A program made the translations under genes and the position numbers. This document shows positions 60,862 through 64,000 of a DNA stretch of 64,000 bases, one piece after another. The stretch comes from an uncultured Peptoniphilaceae bacterium (GTDB lineage Bacteria > Bacillota > Clostridia > Tissierellales > Peptoniphilaceae). The DNA is taken from assembly GCA_943912255.1 (NCBI GenBank), contig CALTTP010000001.1:127356-191355 (forward strand), written 5' to 3'. The notes beneath the pieces were generated by a model. It was not told the origin of the DNA. It searched no databases and saw only the letters and a program-made list of their open reading frames with translations. Position 1 is the first letter of the stretch. Each line of letters opens with the position of its first letter.

Positions 60862-62169
60862 CTATTCAGTTCGGATTGCATCTATGGCTGAGATTTTAGT
60901 TGCTCTTAATGCAGGTATTAGACCAGATAATAGTCCGATTAATGCAGAGAACATAGCTGAAACTCCCATTAGCCATAGGGGAATGTATGAGCTCATGCCC
61001 ATTCCACCTTCTGATGGATCCAGACCTGTCTTAAATAGGTATTTATTTAGCAGGTAGGAAACTAAAAGAGAAAATGCAATTCCCAGGACTCCTCCAATAA
61101 AACCTACCAGGGTAGATTCTATAAGGAAGATATCCCTAATATTTTTTATAGATGCGCCAACAACCTTCATAATACCAATCTCTCTAGTTCTTTCGTAGAT
61201 TGACATAATCATCGTGTTGGCAATACCAATAGCGGCAACTAAAAGGGCAACAGCCCCAATTGCACCGAAAACTCTTTGTACGGTCTTAACTTGATCTTGC
61301 ATACTCTCGTTGAACTCAAGATTTGATTCTGTAAAATATCCCATCTCTTGAAATTCATCTTGTAGAGGCTTTACATCTTCCAACTCCTTGGCTTTAACCA
61401 TTACATAGGAGTAGGGTATGTCCCTTTCCGATATTTTCTTTGGTTTTTCATCGCCGTATAAGTTTAGCTCTCTTGATTCCATAAATAATTTTTTAGCCGT
61501 TTTATAGTTTACAAATATCTCCGGCATGTAGATGTCACGACCCACCATTTTGCCAATGGGTTTTAGTTTATAGTCAATATAAGTCTTTTTGCCGCTTTCA
61601 ATCTCAACTTGCATGTCCTTATAGCCTATACGTAAAATTGGCTTTTCCTTTAATAGATCGATATTTTCTAAAGGTTCTCCTGTTCGTTCGTTGTAAAAAT
61701 TTATACTTGAATAGACAAATTCTAAATCTGAGTTTTGAGTTATATTATTTCCCTCTTGAATCTTATAACCAAACTCTTCCATTTTATTTATATCTACACC
61801 TTTAATAGGAGCATAGGTAGAGAGGTTTTTTAAAATCAGATTTCCATCGTTCACTTCAATAACAGGAAAGACGTCTTTGACTTTATCCATGGCCTCAAAA
61901 CTCTTTATCTTGGCTTCATTTAACTCCTTGGCCTTATTGCCTTGAGGGTTTTCCCCATAGTAATTCTGGTCGGATCTAACGGTGATATTTGTCAGTCCTC
62001 CCATGCTTTTGATTAATTCCTCGTTGGACCGTTGCATTCCCAAGCCGAAACTAAGCATTAGAATAATAAAGGAAGTTCCGATTAAAATGGATAGTACCGT
62101 TAGGATGGTTCTGAGTTTTCTTCTACCTAAATTTCTCAAACTAAAGATAAGAAGATCATTTAATCTCAT
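60862..62169 (-). CDS. ABC transporter permease, FtsX/MacB family
   Basis: 435 aa with an N-terminal TM, a roughly 250-aa extracytoplasmic domain and a C-terminal 3-TM FtsX domain. Start overlaps the upstream gene's stop (ATGA). Confidence 0.85.
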   Translation of the reverse strand: MRLNDLLIFSLRNLGRRKLRTILTVLSILIGTSFIILMLSFGLGMQRSNEELIKSMGGLTNITVRSDQNYYGENPQGNKAKELNEAKIKSFEAMDKVKDVFPVIEVNDGNLILKNLSTYAPIKGVDINKMEEFGYKIQEGNNITQNSDLEFVYSSINFYNERTGEPLENIDLLKEKPILRIGYKDMQVEIESGKKTYIDYKLKPIGKMVGRDIYMPEIFVNYKTAKKLFMESRELNLYGDEKPKKISERDIPYSYVMVKAKELEDVKPLQDEFQEMGYFTESNLEFNESMQDQVKTVQRVFGAIGAVALLVAAIGIANTMIMSIYERTREIGIMKVVGASIKNIRDIFLIESTLVGFIGGVLGIAFSLLVSYLLNKYLFKTGLDPSEGGMGMSSYIPLWLMGVSAMFSALIGLLSGLIPALRATKISAIDAIRTE

Positions 62170-63704
62170 AGCTGTAAATCTGAACCTTTCTTCTTTGCAT
62201 CTCTCTTTTTCTTGACTATTATTCCGATTATCAGTCCTAGAATTACAATTCCACCTAGGATAAATGGAAGTATTCCAAGGTTATTAGAGGAGTTTCCTTC
62301 ATCTACTTCTGCTGGAACTTCAGTACTTTCCTCCATAGTAGATGCTTCTAAAGTGAAGGGCTTTTTCTCAGTATGACTTTGTCCTGTAGAATCTTCGTAA
62401 CTAACAAGGACTTTACCATTTATAGTTCCCGATTCAGTAGGGATGATAGTTGTTGAAAAGTGATCAGAAGCTCCAGGAGCAAAGTTTCCTACAAAGTAGT
62501 TACTGCTTCCATCTAAGGAGAACCCATCTCCTTGAACTTGTACCATAAAATTAGATAAGGTGTCCTTACCTGTATTGAAAAAGTCCATATCCACTGTGGC
62601 AGGCTCACCAGACATTCCAGGGTTGGTAGTAACTTCGCCAAAGGATACCTTGGCCTGTTGAACAACGGGTATACCGATTATCTCACTGGCTGTAAATTCG
62701 TTTCCCTCTTTATCTTCATATTCAAAGTTTGCAGTTATAACATAATTTTGTGCTTGAGCATTAGGTACTACAGACATTTTCATAGATTTTGAAACTGATC
62801 TACCTGGGGCTATTTGGTTTATATAGAAGGTGTTTGAGCTTCCCACAGGAATAAATACTGAACCCCCTACTGTTTCACCATTGGTTCCAGAACCACTAGG
62901 TTCATTGTTTAAGGAAATTTTTATATTCCTAACAGAATAAGTGGAATTGGTGTTGAAAAAGCTCATATTTAAAGTGAACTCCTTTCCAGCCTCAACCATT
63001 TTGGGGGTTAAAGAATAATTGTCTATAATCAGTTTAGGTTTATTTTTAACAGATGGATTAGAATTATCTCCACCTTGTTCACCTCCCTGAATTGAATTGC
63101 TTTGTTCTTTTTCTTTGGTATTTTTAGCACTTATCATATTAAAATCCCCGCCTTCATCCTTAGAATTTACATTATTTAATCCAGTATTATTATTTGTATC
63201 TCTATTAACTTTATTTGTATCCGTAGGTTTAGTTGAATTGTCATTTGTACTGGATACCTTTTTAAAATCTACGTCTTTAAAAGTTAAATCCGTTTTTAAG
63301 CTTAAATTGTCTTTTATCTTAGTTCCTAAAATTTCAACATTGTAATTGTCCTTATCCAATTTTTCCAATGCCTTTAAATTAAATATAATAATGGCTTTAT
63401 CGTCGTTTTTAGCCTTCTCAACTTTTGAACTAAGGACTTTAAAACTAGAGTTGGGAACAATTGTAAAACAATATGTACTTAAAAGGTCATAATTCATGTT
63501 TTCCGGATAGATGGAGATTGTAAATTCAGTGTCCTTTTCAATGAATTTTGGACAATTCTTACCTTCATCAACTCTTTGTTGGATTTTATATTCCCTTAAT
63601 TGGATTTCACTTTTTTCTAATTCTTTTTTCTCACTGGCTAAAGATAAATTTGACATAGCCAAAAGTGAAACGATTAATAAAATAGATAATAACTGTTTTT
63701 TCAT
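62166..63704 (-). CDS. Cell-surface protein with signal peptide, two Ig-like (CARDB/DUF11-like) beta-sandwich repeats, N/T/S-rich linker and C-terminal TM anchor
   Basis: 512 aa. Cleavable-looking signal (LSLASE). Internal duplicated roughly 100-aa modules (YSLTPKMVEAGKEFTLNMSFFNT... and VSFGEVTTNPGMSGEPATVDMDFFNT...). C-terminal LGILPFILGGIVILGLIIGIIVKKKR. Sits between the ATPase and permease genes. Confidence 0.55.
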   Translation of the reverse strand: MKKQLLSILLIVSLLAMSNLSLASEKKELEKSEIQLREYKIQQRVDEGKNCPKFIEKDTEFTISIYPENMNYDLLSTYCFTIVPNSSFKVLSSKVEKAKNDDKAIIIFNLKALEKLDKDNYNVEILGTKIKDNLSLKTDLTFKDVDFKKVSSTNDNSTKPTDTNKVNRDTNNNTGLNNVNSKDEGGDFNMISAKNTKEKEQSNSIQGGEQGGDNSNPSVKNKPKLIIDNYSLTPKMVEAGKEFTLNMSFFNTNSTYSVRNIKISLNNEPSGSGTNGETVGGSVFIPVGSSNTFYINQIAPGRSVSKSMKMSVVPNAQAQNYVITANFEYEDKEGNEFTASEIIGIPVVQQAKVSFGEVTTNPGMSGEPATVDMDFFNTGKDTLSNFMVQVQGDGFSLDGSSNYFVGNFAPGASDHFSTTIIPTESGTINGKVLVSYEDSTGQSHTEKKPFTLEASTMEESTEVPAEVDEGNSSNNLGILPFILGGIVILGLIIGIIVKKKRDAKKKGSDLQL

Positions 63705-63714
63705 AGCTACCTTC

Positions 63715-64000
63715 CTAAAATTTACTATTAATTATCTTACCGTCTTCCATTTCTATAACTTTATTAGCATAGGCAGTAAGTTCTTCGTTATGAGTTACTA
63801 TAATCATAGTTTGATTGTTTTTATGAATCATATCTGTGATTAAGTCCATAATTTTTTCTGAAGTATTAGAGTCCAAATTTCCCGTAGGTTCATCTGCAAA
63901 GATTATCTTTGGATTGTTGGCAAAAGCCCTGGCAATAGAGACCCTTTGCTGTTGTCCACCAGAGAGCTCCTTTGGTTTATGGTGAACTCTATCTTCAAGA
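63715..64000 (-). CDS. ABC transporter ATP-binding protein (MacB-type), 5'-truncated by the window edge
   Basis: The reverse-complement translation ends ...ELSGGQQQRVSIARAFANNPKIIFADEPTGNLDSNTSEKIMDLI...IIVTHNEEL...GKIINSKF*. The stop is at 63715-63717. The N-terminus lies beyond position 64000. Confidence 0.85.
   Translation of the reverse strand, partial: LEDRVHHKPKELSGGQQQRVSIARAFANNPKIIFADEPTGNLDSNTSEKIMDLITDMIHKNNQTMIIVTHNEELTAYANKVIEMEDGKIINSKF

Noticed and set aside
63511-63843. 110-aa + strand ORF at the window end.
   Set aside because: It runs antisense to the surface-protein and ABC-ATPase genes. The ATPase has a clean ABC signature in the opposite frame.
1-64000. Search for CRISPR arrays, tRNA or rRNA genes and long tandem repeats.
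   Set aside because: No regularly spaced direct repeats, no GC-rich cloverleaf-like islands other than the IS arm, and no rRNA-like stretches were seen on reading through the intergenic regions.

Overview
This window is low-GC (about 30%) chromosomal DNA from an anaerobic Gram-positive bacterium, Bacillota (Firmicutes), possibly Clostridia or Tissierellia. It is densely coding, mostly on the + strand. All assignments were made by reading motifs by eye; no searches were run.

Main content, in order:
- A NodB-type polysaccharide deacetylase and a tiny membrane ORF.
- nrdD-nrdG (anaerobic ribonucleotide reductase), preceded by a tandem pair of NrdR boxes.
- A MacAB-like tripartite efflux operon (4-TM protein, periplasmic adaptor, ATPase, FtsX permease).
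- A minus-strand NitT/TauT-type ABC importer.
- A trimeric electron-bifurcating [FeFe] hydrogenase (HydC/B/A-like) with all three H-cluster motifs.
- A DjlA-like J-domain membrane protein.
- A complete 9-gene V/A-type ATPase operon (G/H-like, C, I, K, F, E, A, B, D) in a non-canonical order.
- A DedA protein.
- An oligopeptide ABC operon (oppABCDF) followed by two further solo OppA paralogs. These are separated by a frameshifted IS110-family insertion element, whose 5' non-coding arm is GC-richer and palindromic and may encode a bridge RNA.
- mprF with a translationally coupled unknown ORF, an aldo/keto reductase, galT, a LemA-DUF2207 pair, a solo arcA, an RHH mini-protein, DUF924 and a CPA1 K+/H+ antiporter.
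- A minus-strand 5-gene RnfD-G-E-A plus NqrF-like membrane redox operon that lacks any RnfC/NqrA or RnfB gene.
- A + strand operon: a small CutA-like protein, a 1100-aa cytoplasmic protein with a C-terminal M14 carboxypeptidase-like domain, a DUF969/DUF979 membrane pair and pyroglutamyl peptidase Pcp.
- A convergent MacB-type ABC operon (ATPase truncated at the window edge, a surface protein with two Ig-like repeats, an FtsX permease).

No rRNA, tRNA or CRISPR was seen. The most novel-looking regions are the Rnf/Nqr hybrid operon without its NADH and ferredoxin entry subunits, the CutA-like/giant M14-like/DUF969-979/Pcp locus, and the IS110 element with its candidate bridge RNA and frameshifted recombinase.
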